NCBI GenBank assembly: GCA_039024555.1 | Contig: JBCCQQ010000074.1 | Span: forward strand, 1-28,630 | Direction of reading: 5' to 3' | From: Cyanobacteria bacterium P01_D01_bin.156 | GTDB taxonomy: Bacteria > Cyanobacteriota > Cyanobacteriia > Phormidesmidales > Phormidesmidaceae | DNA length: 28,630 nucleotides | Shown here: positions 1 to 9,947 of the stretch, piece after piece | How positions within the stretch are numbered: position 1 is the stretch's first letter | Layout of the letters: each line of letters opens with the position of its first letter | The notes under the pieces: generated by a model | The model's input: only the letters and a program-made list of their open reading frames with translations | Told to the model about the DNA's origin: nothing | Database searches by the model: none | Made by a program: the position numbers and the translations under genes

Positions 1-38
1 CGCCTCCAAAGCCCCGAAATATCAGGGCTTTGGAGGCG
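1..38. repeat. Perfect 14-bp inverted repeat (hairpin), possibly the centre of a longer palindromic element cut by the window edge; may terminate the yhhQ-like gene
   Basis: CGCCTCCAAAGCCC (1-14) pairs with GGGCTTTGGAGGCG (25-38) around a 10-nt loop, 72 nt downstream of the 111..917 stop codon. Confidence 0.7.
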
Positions 39-110
39 AAACCCCAGAAATCAAACAGCTTGTTTATATCTCATAGAAGATTGATTTCATCCACTTACGA
101 CTTTCTCTTG

Positions 111-917
111 TCAGGTAGACAGCACTTCCGTATCACTAAAAACAGGTGATTCCAACTGTAAATACTTAGATAACCAATAAACACAGAGATAGAAGGGACC
201 CGTATCTAACAATGCAGCTACTAGCTTGAACGAATAACCATAGCCGATAAACAACAACAATTGGGGCCAGAGTTCTTGGGTTGGATCAATAGGTAATACA
301 CCTGCAAAAAAGTGAGTGATGAGAATAACTGCAGAAGTATCCACTAGCTGACTTGCCAAGGTAGACCCATTGTTACGTAACCACAAATATTTCCCTTTGG
401 TTAACTCTTTCCAAAAGTGAAATAGCTGCACATCCACAAACTGAGCTGTTAAATATGCCACCATGGATGCGGTTACCGTACCAAAGGTAAGATTACGGAT
501 CTCAAAGAAAAGAGGCATTCGACCAGCTGCATCCCTTACCAGTTCCCCTGTAGTTGGGTCCAACGACTCAAACCCTGGTAAAACCCCACCCAGCCAAACA
601 ATAAACACCACCCAAAGATTGAGTAATAGCCCTACCCAAACTACCTGATTGGCGCGATCGCGACCATAAAGCTCAGAAATTAGGTCAGTGCACAAAAACG
701 TCAGGGGATAGGGCAAAGCTCCCACCGCAACGGTGACCGTAACGTTATGCCAGGCAAATACATTAACAAACCGGCTAATGCCAAGAATATTAAGCATTCC
801 CAAGGTGCCAAGGAACAACCCTGAGAGCACCAAAAAGACTACCGCTCGACGTTCTTGAATGTGGTGGGGAACGTCTGCTTCCTTTAAGGAGAGCAAATCT
901 TGATTGCTGGCTATCAT
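111..917 (-). CDS. yhhQ: Queuosine precursor (preQ0/preQ1) transporter, VUT/YhhQ family
   Basis: Multi-TM protein with family motifs YPLTFLCTDLISELYG, ASMVAYLTAQFVDVQLF, LWLRNNGSTLASQLVDT and KLVAALLDT. Confidence 0.88.
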   Translation of the reverse strand: MIASNQDLLSLKEADVPHHIQERRAVVFLVLSGLFLGTLGMLNILGISRFVNVFAWHNVTVTVAVGALPYPLTFLCTDLISELYGRDRANQVVWVGLLLNLWVVFIVWLGGVLPGFESLDPTTGELVRDAAGRMPLFFEIRNLTFGTVTASMVAYLTAQFVDVQLFHFWKELTKGKYLWLRNNGSTLASQLVDTSAVILITHFFAGVLPIDPTQELWPQLLLFIGYGYSFKLVAALLDTGPFYLCVYWLSKYLQLESPVFSDTEVLST

Positions 918-988
918 AGAAGACTCAAAACGACTAGAAATAAGAGATTAAGGAAGCCCTATCAAGTTGGGCATTGGTAAGCATCTTC

Positions 989-1486
989 CTAATCTGTTCC
1001 GCCCCAGGTCCACCGTGGATTTTCCTCACGCATACCGTGAAAAAGAATCACCGACGTAAACCCATTGATATCAGCGATACCGGTCATATCCAAAATTGCT
1101 CTAGCAGTCCCATCACTAATCTGCACACGAATGTAGGAACTGCCCCCATAGGCTTCTCCATCAAACAGAGTGATGCCAGCGGTAGCTTCACAGTCGGCAT
1201 ACTCTGGCTTGAGCGTGCCGCTCCAGGTAACGCTAAACTGATCAGCCTGGGAAACACTAATGTCGGTGGCAATTTCCCCAAGCTGAATCATGCCATCGGT
1301 AGAATATCCCCCTGGAGAATAGGGCTGTGGAGTTTCATAAGCCACTAGACTTTCAGGACAGCCGTCTCCAGATTCAAGGCTAGGTAGCACGGTTAAGTCC
1401 GCTTTGCTAGCAAGTGCGGCACTGCCTAAATTACTCGCTAGGCTCAGGGGCAGTGCCCACAGTAGTGCGTTGTATAAATTCATCAA
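989..1486 (-). CDS. Hypothetical secreted protein
   Basis: 165-aa ORF with a signal-peptide-like N-terminus (LLWALPLSLASNLGSAALA), two Cys and an acidic beta-rich mature part ending NPRWTWGGTD. It is co-oriented with both neighbours. Confidence 0.7.
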   Translation of the reverse strand: MMNLYNALLWALPLSLASNLGSAALASKADLTVLPSLESGDGCPESLVAYETPQPYSPGGYSTDGMIQLGEIATDISVSQADQFSVTWSGTLKPEYADCEATAGITLFDGEAYGGSSYIRVQISDGTARAILDMTGIADINGFTSVILFHGMREENPRWTWGGTD

Positions 1487-1570
1487 TCACTTTCAAGCTG
1501 GGTGAATGCCTTTCTTATATCGCTCAAGGGAAACTTTGGTTTCTAAAATTCAAAATATGTACATGTCTCG

Positions 1571-2920
1571 TCACGGAATGTTTAATCTCGATTGAAGACT
1601 GGCAGGAGCAATATAGATCACGTTTTTTCCGCTGTCCGCTTTGGTTTTTCTTAATAAGCCTTTATCGACGAGACCATTGAGATAGCCTCTTGCCGTATTA
1701 ACAGCGATACCTAAGTCAGAGGCAACTTGTCCTGTTGTAAATTCTTGACCTGGTTTTCTCAGGGCCTCTTTGAGAATTTCTAACTGCCCTCGCTTTAGTT
1801 GTTTTGCCATGGGACTTTGCTCTACCCATGCCATGAAGTCATAGAAGTCTTGTTTTTTCTGGTCAATGTAGGCATGGAGAGCGTGAACAGATTTTTCGAT
1901 AACATCGACTTGGTTATACAAAAAATAGGTCAAATCGAATTCATCGGTTTCACTGTAGATAAAGGCTTTATCATAGGCACCCCGTTTTTCTTTAATCAGT
2001 TTACTGATGGAAATATATTCAAATAGCCAGTAGCCAGAGCGTAGCATGCTCCAGTAGAACAATGCCCTGGCAGTTCGGCCATTACCATCACCAAATGGAT
2101 GGATATAACCGATCATAAAGTGCAAAATAATGGCCTTAATAATGGGGTGAAGAAAAGAACTCTCTTCATCGTGAGCGGTGTTGGCAAACTCACACAACTG
2201 CTGTAGCCTTGACGGCAGGGTTTGCCAATCGGGGGGATGAAATGTCTGTTCCCCATACAAATCAGCCACAACAACAGTGTTATCTTGTCTAATCTTTCCT
2301 GATTTAGCTTGATTTTCAATTGCTTTATGGGTGGCAATTGAATGAAGCTCCAAGATCAGCGGAACCGACAGCTCAACATCTTTATTCTCAAGAGCTTTCT
2401 GCATCAGCAAATAGTTATTGAAGATCATCTGCTGCGACTTGTCCCTAGGAGGCAAATGCTTAATCAACATTTCTTTTGCCACTTTTCGTGTTGTGGAAGC
2501 ACCCTCTAATTGAGAGGAGGTGATGGCTTCTTCCAACATCAAACTTTTAACCAAGTAACGATCCTTTTCGTTAGACGAAACAAAGGGACCCTCACTGAGA
2601 CTTTGCCCACCACCGGTCATTTGGTCGATTGTGTGTAAACGGGCAAATAGGGAATCAGGTACGCAATAGCTAAAACAGCGATTTTCTTCAGCCTGTAGTT
2701 GTTGGATGCTCTTGGATATGGTCATGCGACTAGATTTAGTGGCACACCAAGCTGCGGTTACGTCATCCCCAGTATCCACACGCCATTGAAACTCATCCCA
2801 GTGAAGATAGCGGCCTTTCTCATCGATGGCTCGATACTTTGACATCAATGGAACCCAGGCATCATGGCTAATTTCTTGGGTTAGCTGGGAAAACGGCTTA
2901 GGCACTCGAACTCTAGCCAT
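1571..2920 (-). CDS. Fic-family protein (AMPylase-like) with C-terminal winged HTH
   Basis: Canonical Fic motif HPFGDGNGRTAR, N-terminal inhibitory-type motif SSQLEG, and C-terminal wHTH FTTGQVASDLGIAVNTARGYLNGLVDKGLL. Confidence 0.92.
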   Translation of the reverse strand: MARVRVPKPFSQLTQEISHDAWVPLMSKYRAIDEKGRYLHWDEFQWRVDTGDDVTAAWCATKSSRMTISKSIQQLQAEENRCFSYCVPDSLFARLHTIDQMTGGGQSLSEGPFVSSNEKDRYLVKSLMLEEAITSSQLEGASTTRKVAKEMLIKHLPPRDKSQQMIFNNYLLMQKALENKDVELSVPLILELHSIATHKAIENQAKSGKIRQDNTVVVADLYGEQTFHPPDWQTLPSRLQQLCEFANTAHDEESSFLHPIIKAIILHFMIGYIHPFGDGNGRTARALFYWSMLRSGYWLFEYISISKLIKEKRGAYDKAFIYSETDEFDLTYFLYNQVDVIEKSVHALHAYIDQKKQDFYDFMAWVEQSPMAKQLKRGQLEILKEALRKPGQEFTTGQVASDLGIAVNTARGYLNGLVDKGLLRKTKADSGKNVIYIAPASLQSRLNIP

Positions 2921-2978
2921 GACCTGCTCATTTGCTCATAACTATGATGACTGAGTGTAAACGATTTTATGGTCAATG

Positions 2979-3004
2979 AAACGCATTTTTGAAAATTTGC
3001 GTTT
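2979..3004. promoter_or_regulatory. Candidate operator (inverted repeat) in the divergent fic-leuS intergenic region
   Basis: AAACGCA (2979-2985) and TGCGTTT (2998-3004) form an inverted repeat. Further TTTGCGT half-sites occur near 3018 and 3085. Confidence 0.3.
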
Positions 3005-3224
3005 TTGTGAGTTTTCTTTTGCGTACAAAAATATGTATGCCTTGTTATGAGAGGGATTCAGCCTTTTGGAGGAAGAGATATTTTTTGCGTTTTATGTAAA
3101 ACTCTGCCTATGTCCGTCGTCTAACTCTTTATTTAACTTTGGAAGTAACCCGTACAACGCTTCCAGAGAGGCAACGGACGACTAGAATTAGTTAGGCAAT
3201 TCTGATAACAAGGGGAAATTAAAC

Positions 3225-5810
3225 GTGGAGTCTCGATACAATCCAGCAGACATCGAGAAAAAGTGGCAGCAGCAATGGGTTGAGCAGGGTCTAGATAAGA
3301 CACCTGCAACTCCAGGGCAAAAAAAGTTCTATGCCCTGTCCATGTTCCCCTACCCCTCTGGCAACCTGCACATGGGGCATGTCCGTAACTACACGATTAC
3401 GGATGTTATTGCCCGTGTCCGTCGCATGCAGGGATATAACGTCCTCCATCCCATGGGGTGGGATGCCTTTGGTTTGCCGGCAGAGAATGCAGCCATTGAC
3501 CGGGGAATTCCTCCAGCCAAGTGGACCTATCAAAACATTGGCCAAATGCGTGAACAGCTTAAGGAGCTGGGCCTTTCCTATGACTGGGATCGAGAAGTAG
3601 CTACTTGCTCGCCGGATTACTATCGGTGGACCCAGTGGATTTTTTTGCAGTTCTACGAAGCGGAGCTAGCGTACCAGAAGGAAGCCGCAGTTAACTGGGA
3701 CCCCATCGACCAGACTGTACTTGCCAATGAACAGGTGGATAGCGAAGGACGATCCTGGCGTTCAGGGGCCAAAGTAGAACGTAAGCTTCTGCGCCAGTGG
3801 TTCCTCAAGATTACGGACTATGCCGACCAGCTATTGGCGGATCTAGATAAATTAGATGGCTGGCCCGAGCGGGTAAAACTAATGCAGGCTAACTGGATTG
3901 GTAAGTCTACCGGTGCCCATGTGGTGTTCTCCACAGAAGCTAGTGATGAAATTAAGGTGTATACCACCCGGCCAGATACCCTTTGGGGAGCGTCCTTTAT
4001 GGTGCTTTCTCCAGAACATCCTTTGGTGGAAAAACTCACAACGGCTGACCAGGCTGATGCCATTAAGGCCTATCAAGACATGGCGGCGGGCATGAGTGAG
4101 ATGGACCGCACGGCTGAAAATCGTGAAAAAACCGGAGTGTGGACCGGTAGCTATGCCATTAACCCGGTAAACGACCAGCAAATTCCCATCTGGATTGCTG
4201 ACTATGTGTTGATGGACTATGGCACCGGGGCGATTATGGCTGTCCCCGCCCACGACCAGAGAGACTTTGAGTTTGCCAGAAAATTCGATTTGCCTATCCA
4301 CGTGGTAGTGCAGCCTGAAGGAGAAACCTTAGATGGCACCACCATGGACGTTGCCTACCCAGGAGATGGGGTGATGGTGAATTCCGGTCCCTTGGATGGG
4401 GTGACCGCGGGTAAGGGTGAAGGCCAAAGTGTTGCGGCGGCTATTCAATGGTTGGAAGAGAACAACAAGGGCGAAGGCACAGCTAACTATCGTCTACGGG
4501 ACTGGTTGATTTCTCGTCAGCGCTACTGGGGTGTGCCCATTCCCATGATTTACTGCGAGAACTGTGGCACAGTACCCGTCCCAGAGGATCAGCTACCGGT
4601 GGTGCTGCCGGAGGATGTGGAATTTAGCGCTCGCGGGGGCTCTCCGTTGGCAAAGATGACCGACTGGATTAACTGCAAATGTCCTAGCTGTGGTGATGAT
4701 GCCAAACGGGAAACAGACACGATGGATACGTTTATTGATTCATCGTGGTACTTCTTGCGTTACAGCGATGCTAAAAATGAATTACTGCCCTTTGACAAGA
4801 TAAATGCGGATGAATGGTTGCCTGTTGATCAGTATGTCGGCGGTATTGAACATGCAATTTTGCATTTGCTCTATTCGCGATTTTTTACCAAGGTACTGCG
4901 CGATCGCAACTTAGTGTCCATCGATGAACCCTTCCAGCGGTTGCTAACCCAGGGTATGGTGCAGGCCATCACCTACAAAAACCCCGTCACGGGTAAATAC
5001 ATTGCCCCCGGTGACATTGCTGACCTTAATGAGCCTAAAGACCCGGCAACCGGCGACGCTCTTCAAGTGTTCTACGAAAAAATGTCCAAGTCCAAGTACA
5101 ACGGTGTGGAACCTCGAGTGGTCTTGGGTAAGTATGGTGCCGATACCGCCCGCATGTTTATCCTCTTTAAGGCCCCTCCTGAAAAGGACCTCGAATGGGA
5201 TGACGCGGATGTGGAAGGTCAGTTTCGCTTCCTAAATCGAGTGTGGATGCTGGTGACCGCCTTCGCAGAAAGTGCAGGCACTAGAGAACGGGTTCTCAGC
5301 GTTGACCAAAGCAACCTTAGCAAGGCCGATAAGGACCTGCGTCGCGCTATCCATACGGCCATTAAAGAGGTTTCAGAAGACGTAGAGGAAGGCTATCAAT
5401 TCAACACGGCAGTGTCTGAAATGATGAAACTTAGCAACGCCCTAAAGGAGGCTAAGCAAAAGGACACGGACGTGTACGCCGAAGGGGTACAGGTGCTTGT
5501 GCTGCTTCTCGCACCCTTTGCTCCCCACATTGCCGAAGAACTTTGGCAACAGTTAGGCTTTACAGAATCGGCTCATCGCCAGAACTGGCCTACATTTGAG
5601 GAGTCTGCGCTGGTGGCCGATGAGATTACCCTGGTAATTCAAATCAAGGGTAAAACCCGAGGGACTATTGCTGTTCCTGCCAGTGCCAGCAAGGATGAAT
5701 TGGAGCAGTACGCCCGTGAATCGGACATTGCTAAAAAGTACCTTGAAGGCAAAGAGATTAAAAAGGTGATTGTGGTTCCTGGTAAACTGGTGAACTTTGT
5801 TGCCATCTAA
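3225..5810 (+). CDS. leuS: Leucine--tRNA ligase
   Basis: Class I motifs HMGH and [12 protein letters not shown], editing-domain TTRPDT and [23 protein letters not shown], and C-terminal [13 protein letters not shown] start preceded by AAGGGG. Confidence 0.99.
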   Translation: MESRYNPADIEKKWQQQWVEQGLDKTPATPGQKKFYALSMFPYPSGNLHMGHVRNYTITDVIARVRRMQGYNVLHPMGWDAFGLPAENAAIDRGIPPAKWTYQNIGQMREQLKELGLSYDWDREVATCSPDYYRWTQWIFLQFYEAELAYQKEAAVNWDPIDQTVLANEQVDSEGRSWRSGAKVERKLLRQWFLKITDYADQLLADLDKLDGWPERVKLMQANWIGKSTGAHVVFSTEASDEIKVYTTRPDTLWGASFMVLSPEHPLVEKLTTADQADAIKAYQDMAAGMSEMDRTAENREKTGVWTGSYAINPVNDQQIPIWIADYVLMDYGTGAIMAVPAHDQRDFEFARKFDLPIHVVVQPEGETLDGTTMDVAYPGDGVMVNSGPLDGVTAGKGEGQSVAAAIQWLEENNKGEGTANYRLRDWLISRQRYWGVPIPMIYCENCGTVPVPEDQLPVVLPEDVEFSARGGSPLAKMTDWINCKCPSCGDDAKRETDTMDTFIDSSWYFLRYSDAKNELLPFDKINADEWLPVDQYVGGIEHAILHLLYSRFFTKVLRDRNLVSIDEPFQRLLTQGMVQAITYKNPVTGKYIAPGDIADLNEPKDPATGDALQVFYEKMSKSKYNGVEPRVVLGKYGADTARMFILFKAPPEKDLEWDDADVEGQFRFLNRVWMLVTAFAESAGTRERVLSVDQSNLSKADKDLRRAIHTAIKEVSEDVEEGYQFNTAVSEMMKLSNALKEAKQKDTDVYAEGVQVLVLLLAPFAPHIAEELWQQLGFTESAHRQNWPTFEESALVADEITLVIQIKGKTRGTIAVPASASKDELEQYARESDIAKKYLEGKEIKKVIVVPGKLVNFVAI

Positions 5811-5995
5811 TAAGCGCGAGTTCTGCCGGGGAATTGAGCAATTTCCTCAGCAGAACTCGCAAACAGGGATGTTACACAAAATACCTTAAAAGGCTCTCAT
5901 TTACTAAAAATAAACATAATAAGGTTATGATTGGTTTAGTGGTGCGATCGCACCGCCTGACGTTTATGTATTTAAGATCGGAGTACTCACCCCAT

Positions 5996-6319
5996 ATGGC
6001 TGCCGAATATATCCCTGACGAGGCCACTCTCGATAACTTACTTGCCACTCAAAGTGTAGTTGTCATGGATTGTACCGCCTCCTGGTGTGGCCCTTGCAAG
6101 CTAGTGGCTCCGCTAATGGATCAGCTATCAGAGGAATTTACAGGTCAGGTTAGCGTGGTCAAACTGGATGTTGATAGCAACAAATCTGTAGCCAAACGTT
6201 TTGGTATCAAAAGTATTCCGGCAGTTTTGTTTTTCAAACAAGGAGAACAAGTTGATACCGTGATTGGCGCCAAACCCTACAGCGAATTTCAAGAGACCTT
6301 AACCAAGCACTTGCAGTAA
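5996..6319 (+). CDS. trxA: Thioredoxin (107 aa)
   Basis: WCGPC active site and FGIKSIPAV cis-Pro loop. The ATG at 5996 gives a standard thioredoxin length, so the 5834 TTG extension is probably spurious. The exact paralog class is uncertain. Confidence 0.9.
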   Translation: MAAEYIPDEATLDNLLATQSVVVMDCTASWCGPCKLVAPLMDQLSEEFTGQVSVVKLDVDSNKSVAKRFGIKSIPAVLFFKQGEQVDTVIGAKPYSEFQETLTKHLQ

Positions 6320-6383
6320 GGCCACGGTCACTCATCCACAGGCATGTTCTAACGCAAAAGTTGTCTACTATTAATATCTTCTC

Positions 6384-6418
6384 AGCCCCCAGTGTGAGTT
6401 ATCCATTGGGGGTTTCTT
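6384..6418 (+). terminator. Probable intrinsic terminator after thioredoxin
   Basis: Stem AGCCCCCAGTG / CATTGGGGGTT (with G-U pairs) followed by T-rich TCTT. Confidence 0.6.
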
Positions 6419-6738
6419 AATGTTCCAATCTGGCATCCAAGATAGACAAAACCCGTTACCGATTTGAGCAGTGGAACAATCTGGGCCACAGCGTCAGAGT
6501 CTATAAACAACGTTTTGATGTTCGTTTTTGTGTACTCTTCTAATCCACAGACACGTTAACACTAGCCAGTTCAGCAATTTTTCCAGAAACTTCGGCTACA
6601 TTGCGCAACCGGTTTTCTGAAGTGATGAGTACACTGAAATAGCAAGAGTGAAGCCAGCAAATGTTCTAGTCTTTTAACGCGAATGTACAGTGCTGGTTGA
6701 TGTTCCCTATGATGACAAACCGATAGAGCTGTGAGCTT

Positions 6739-6841
6739 GTGTTGCCTAATCCCGAGGAGTTAATCAACTCGTCGGGATTTTTACAGGACTTAAGTCGGGA
6801 ATGTTATGAATTACGGAGGCTTGTCTGCGTTAGCTGAATAA
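6739..6841 (+). ncRNA. Candidate structured sRNA/leader or micro-ORF in the trx-crp intergenic region
   Basis: Hairpin AATCCCGA-g-GAGTT-aatc-AACTC-g-TCGGGATT (6748-6779) followed by a T run. It overlaps the 32-codon ORF 6739..6837; an 11-codon ORF (6806..6841) lies just downstream. Confidence 0.35.
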
Positions 6842-7300
6842 AGTAAACCTGATATCAAACTCAACCTATCCTCTTTGTCCTGATTCAAACCGTCATAGCG
6901 GTAGGTAGGGAACACTCCCCAAAATTAGCCGCCTACTCAGCAAGTATCAATTCCCTTAAATATACTGAAAGCTTTCCACTAAGCTTGTATCTTTTTGCAA
7001 TACGGGTCTTTAGCCAGTTTTCTATGATGATCTCCAGCCTTAGGTCCTAGCAAGAATAACCAGAAAGCCATGGGCAAGGGTATATACCACCTGCTGACTG
7101 GGTAAACTAGACGAGGTAAGGTACACGTTGTCTTTGCCAAAAAGGGATAATGTTAATCATTCAATGTCAACCCCCAGCTCCGTAAACCTACTTAATGATT
7201 GTTTCAACTTTACTGATTTTTTAACAAAGTCAGGGAGTCTCTAAGAAAATACGTTTACCCTACTTTTTGTGCTGTTGTCATCCATCCGTAGGTCTACTAT

Positions 7301-8017
7301 ATGACTACACTTACCCTGAAAAAGTCCATGCGGCCCGCTCTTTCTGATCTTTTAAGTGATTTGTTTCCCCTCTTTAATGCCGCAAATCCTGACACATTAA
7401 CCAGTCTGTTGTCTGCAGCAACTGAGTTAACCTATCCGGCAGGTCGTACAGTCCTGATGGAAGACTCTTGGGGAAATGCCATATACCTGATTGTGGCTGG
7501 TTGGATCAAGGTACGCCACGATACTTCTGGTGAATACGTCACACTAGCTGTGTTGGGTAAGGGTGATTTTTTTGGTGAGATGGCTATTCTGGATGAATCT
7601 CCACGCTCCACGGATGTAGTAGCCCTATCGCCAGTTAAGTTGCTTAGCGTGCCAGCTCAGCACTTTATCGATACCCTGTTTCAAGATCCGCAGCTTCATC
7701 ATCGGATGCTGCAGCTGATGGTACAACGACTACGCCATACCAACAGTCATTTTCAACGACGCCACAAACCCCCTGCCGTAAAATTGGCCAATACGCTGAT
7801 AGCCCTAGTCGATGCTTACGGTGAAAAACAAGGTGATGTCCCCACGATGATCAACCTATCAGCCGATGATCTAGCAGCCGTTGCGGATATTTCCAAAGAC
7901 GATACTGCCAAAATTATGGACAAACTACGTGAGAAAAACTGGATAACGACAAGTTCAGATGGACAAAAGCTTCACCTAAAAGAGTTTAATCATCTAATTC
8001 AACTTGCCCACAAGTAA
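7301..8017 (+). CDS. Crp/Fnr-family transcriptional regulator
   Basis: cNMP-binding domain with LGKGDFFGEMAILDESPRSTDVVAL, dimerisation helix LMVQRLRHTN, and a C-terminal HTH-like segment. Confidence 0.9.
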   Translation: MTTLTLKKSMRPALSDLLSDLFPLFNAANPDTLTSLLSAATELTYPAGRTVLMEDSWGNAIYLIVAGWIKVRHDTSGEYVTLAVLGKGDFFGEMAILDESPRSTDVVALSPVKLLSVPAQHFIDTLFQDPQLHHRMLQLMVQRLRHTNSHFQRRHKPPAVKLANTLIALVDAYGEKQGDVPTMINLSADDLAAVADISKDDTAKIMDKLREKNWITTSSDGQKLHLKEFNHLIQLAHK

Positions 8018-8226
8018 CTGTGGAAAGCTGTGTCCATACTAAACTCGCAGTTTATGCTAGCTGTGGGTCCTTTTGTATAATGTGCTGTCTGCCTGAGCGG
8101 TAATGCACGTTCTAAAAAACAGTCATCGTAATTGCGGAGTATTTCAGCATATAAAAAAATCTTACTCTGGGAGAAAATCCTTGGCAGTCAGATTAATACT
8201 ATAGAAGCTGCGCATATTAAATAGTC

Positions 8227-8718
8227 ATGGTTTCTCAACCACCTCCATCCATTACGCCCCGCCAAATGAATTTGCTCCGTATCGTGCTGGCATTGGCATG
8301 GGCTGATGGAAATTTGGCCAAGGAAGAAGCCGATGTCATGCTGGTAAACTTTAGTAAAGTATTTGCTGCAACCTCAGCAGGTCAAGAGGCTGTCAAGCAG
8401 GAGCTCCAAGGGTATCTAGTTCAGGACATTCCTCTTGAAGAACTTGTCCCTAGCCTAACCACTGAAGCTGAAAAAGAGTTTGTTCTGCGGTTAGGCTACG
8501 AGGTGATCAGTGCCAGTGCTCGCACTCCAGATGAAGACCTGATTAATCAAGACGAGCAAGCAACCTATCAACGCCTGGTTGAGTTGTTGGAGTTGCCCGA
8601 TTCAACCGTTCAGCGAATTGAGCAGTCTGCCCAGGCAACCCTAGGGACGAACCCGTCTAAGGGAAATAATGTAGTCGACTTGCTGACCTATCAACTAAAG
8701 GAACATCTAAGAGTCTGA
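8227..8718 (+). CDS. TerB-family (tellurite resistance-like) protein
   Basis: LALAWADGNLAKEE motif and a second INQDEQATYQRLVELLELP helix pair, typical of TerB-like folds. Confidence 0.8.
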   Translation: MVSQPPPSITPRQMNLLRIVLALAWADGNLAKEEADVMLVNFSKVFAATSAGQEAVKQELQGYLVQDIPLEELVPSLTTEAEKEFVLRLGYEVISASARTPDEDLINQDEQATYQRLVELLELPDSTVQRIEQSAQATLGTNPSKGNNVVDLLTYQLKEHLRV

Positions 8719-8722
8719 AGCT

Positions 8723-8761
8723 TTGAACCTTGAAGCCTATGGCAATGGCTTCAAGGTTCAA
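8723..8761. terminator. Hairpin between convergent terB-like and nadA genes; likely bidirectional terminator
   Basis: Perfect 15-bp stem TTGAACCTTGAAGCC / GGCTTCAAGGTTCAA with a 9-nt loop, inside the 64-bp gap between convergent stops. Confidence 0.8.
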
Positions 8762-8782
8762 GAAGCCAGGATTTGAAACTCT

Positions 8783-9739
8783 CTAAGCACTCATGGCAAG
8801 CATGCGCTGGATAGGAATCAGGGCTTTCTGCTGAACATCCGGTGGCAACGTGATTTCTGGTGTGCGGTTTTTCATGGCCAAATAGAGCTTTTCCAGCGTG
8901 TTTAAGCGCATGTGGGGACACTCATTGCACTGACAGTTCGCATCAGGAGGTGCTGGAATAAATAGCTTTTGGGGGAGCTGTTTTTCCATTTGATGAATAA
9001 TGCCTGGCTCTGTTACCACAATGAACTGCTCAGTTTCGCTGGTTTCTACATACTTGAGCAAAGCTGTCGTAGAGCCAATAAAGTTGGCGTGCCGTAGGAT
9101 AGCTTCCTCGCATTCTGGATGAGCCACAATCTCAGCATCAGGATGCTCCATTTTGAGCTGCAGCATCTTTTTCTCAGAAAAAGTCTCATGGACAATGCAG
9201 CTGCCTTGCCACAGCAATAGCGCTCGACCTGTCTGAGCTGCCACATAACGTCCCAGATTGCGATCGGGAGCGAAGATAATTGGCTTTTCCGGTGGAATCT
9301 GATTGACCAGCTTTACGGCATTAGAGCTAGTGCAGATGATGTCGCTCATGGCCTTAATCTCAGCGGTGCAATTGATGTAAGACACCACAATATGATCTGG
9401 ATGAGCGGCCTTAAACTTGGCGAATTCTGCAGGTGGACAGCTATCAGCTAGGGAACAACCAGCGGCAAGGTCGGGCAGCAGTACCAGCTTATCTGGATTC
9501 AGAATTTTAGCTGTTTCTGCCATAAAGTGCACCCCCGCAAAGACGATTACCTCTGCGTCAGTGGCAGCGGCCTTTTGCGATAGCCCTAGAGAGTCGCCAA
9601 TATAATCGGCAATATCTTGAATATCAGGCTCTTGATAGTAGTGGGCCAAAACAATGGCATTGAGATCCTTTTTTAAGGTTTCAATGGCCCCAAAAAGATC
9701 CTTGGGCAGGCTGGTAGGCACAGAAGCAGTGGTGAACAT
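8783..9739 (-). CDS. nadA: Quinolinate synthase
   Basis: [41 protein letters not shown] and [14 protein letters not shown], including the three Fe-S cysteines. Confidence 0.98.
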   Translation of the reverse strand: MFTTASVPTSLPKDLFGAIETLKKDLNAIVLAHYYQEPDIQDIADYIGDSLGLSQKAAATDAEVIVFAGVHFMAETAKILNPDKLVLLPDLAAGCSLADSCPPAEFAKFKAAHPDHIVVSYINCTAEIKAMSDIICTSSNAVKLVNQIPPEKPIIFAPDRNLGRYVAAQTGRALLLWQGSCIVHETFSEKKMLQLKMEHPDAEIVAHPECEEAILRHANFIGSTTALLKYVETSETEQFIVVTEPGIIHQMEKQLPQKLFIPAPPDANCQCNECPHMRLNTLEKLYLAMKNRTPEITLPPDVQQKALIPIQRMLAMSA

Positions 9740-9794
9740 GGGAGATAAACCGGATAGTGTTTTTAGTCGTAGATTTTATTTATGATCCACTTAA

Positions 9795-9815
9795 TTATAG
9801 TTATTTTAACCATAA
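9795..9815. promoter_or_regulatory. NrtR-like operator overlapping the putative -10 of nadA
   Basis: 21-bp palindrome TTATAGTTA-TTT-TAACCATAA (one mismatch) about 55 bp upstream of nadA. A minus-strand TATAAT at 9794-9799 overlaps it. NrtR is the known repressor of cyanobacterial NAD genes. Confidence 0.7.
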
Positions 9816-9947
9816 ATTTCAGCGCATCATATACCAGCTCTGAGGCAATGACTCCGGGTGAGTTCAGAGTCTCCCCGATAAGTAGAGCAAACATTGTACG
9901 GTAATGGCTTGATGATGAATCTGCTTGCATCCCAAATCACCACTGAT

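Noticed and set aside
918..988. preQ1 riboswitch upstream of yhhQ
   Set aside because: No AGAGGTTCTAG-type stem-loop or A-rich pseudoknot tail is visible on the minus strand.
974..1348. 124-aa plus-strand ORF
   Set aside because: It is antisense to the 989..1486 ORF, which has a signal peptide and better context; it has no motifs.
5834..5995. N-terminal extension of thioredoxin in the ORF track
   Set aside because: TTG start and AT-rich promoter-like sequence; the thioredoxin fold starts at ATG 5996.
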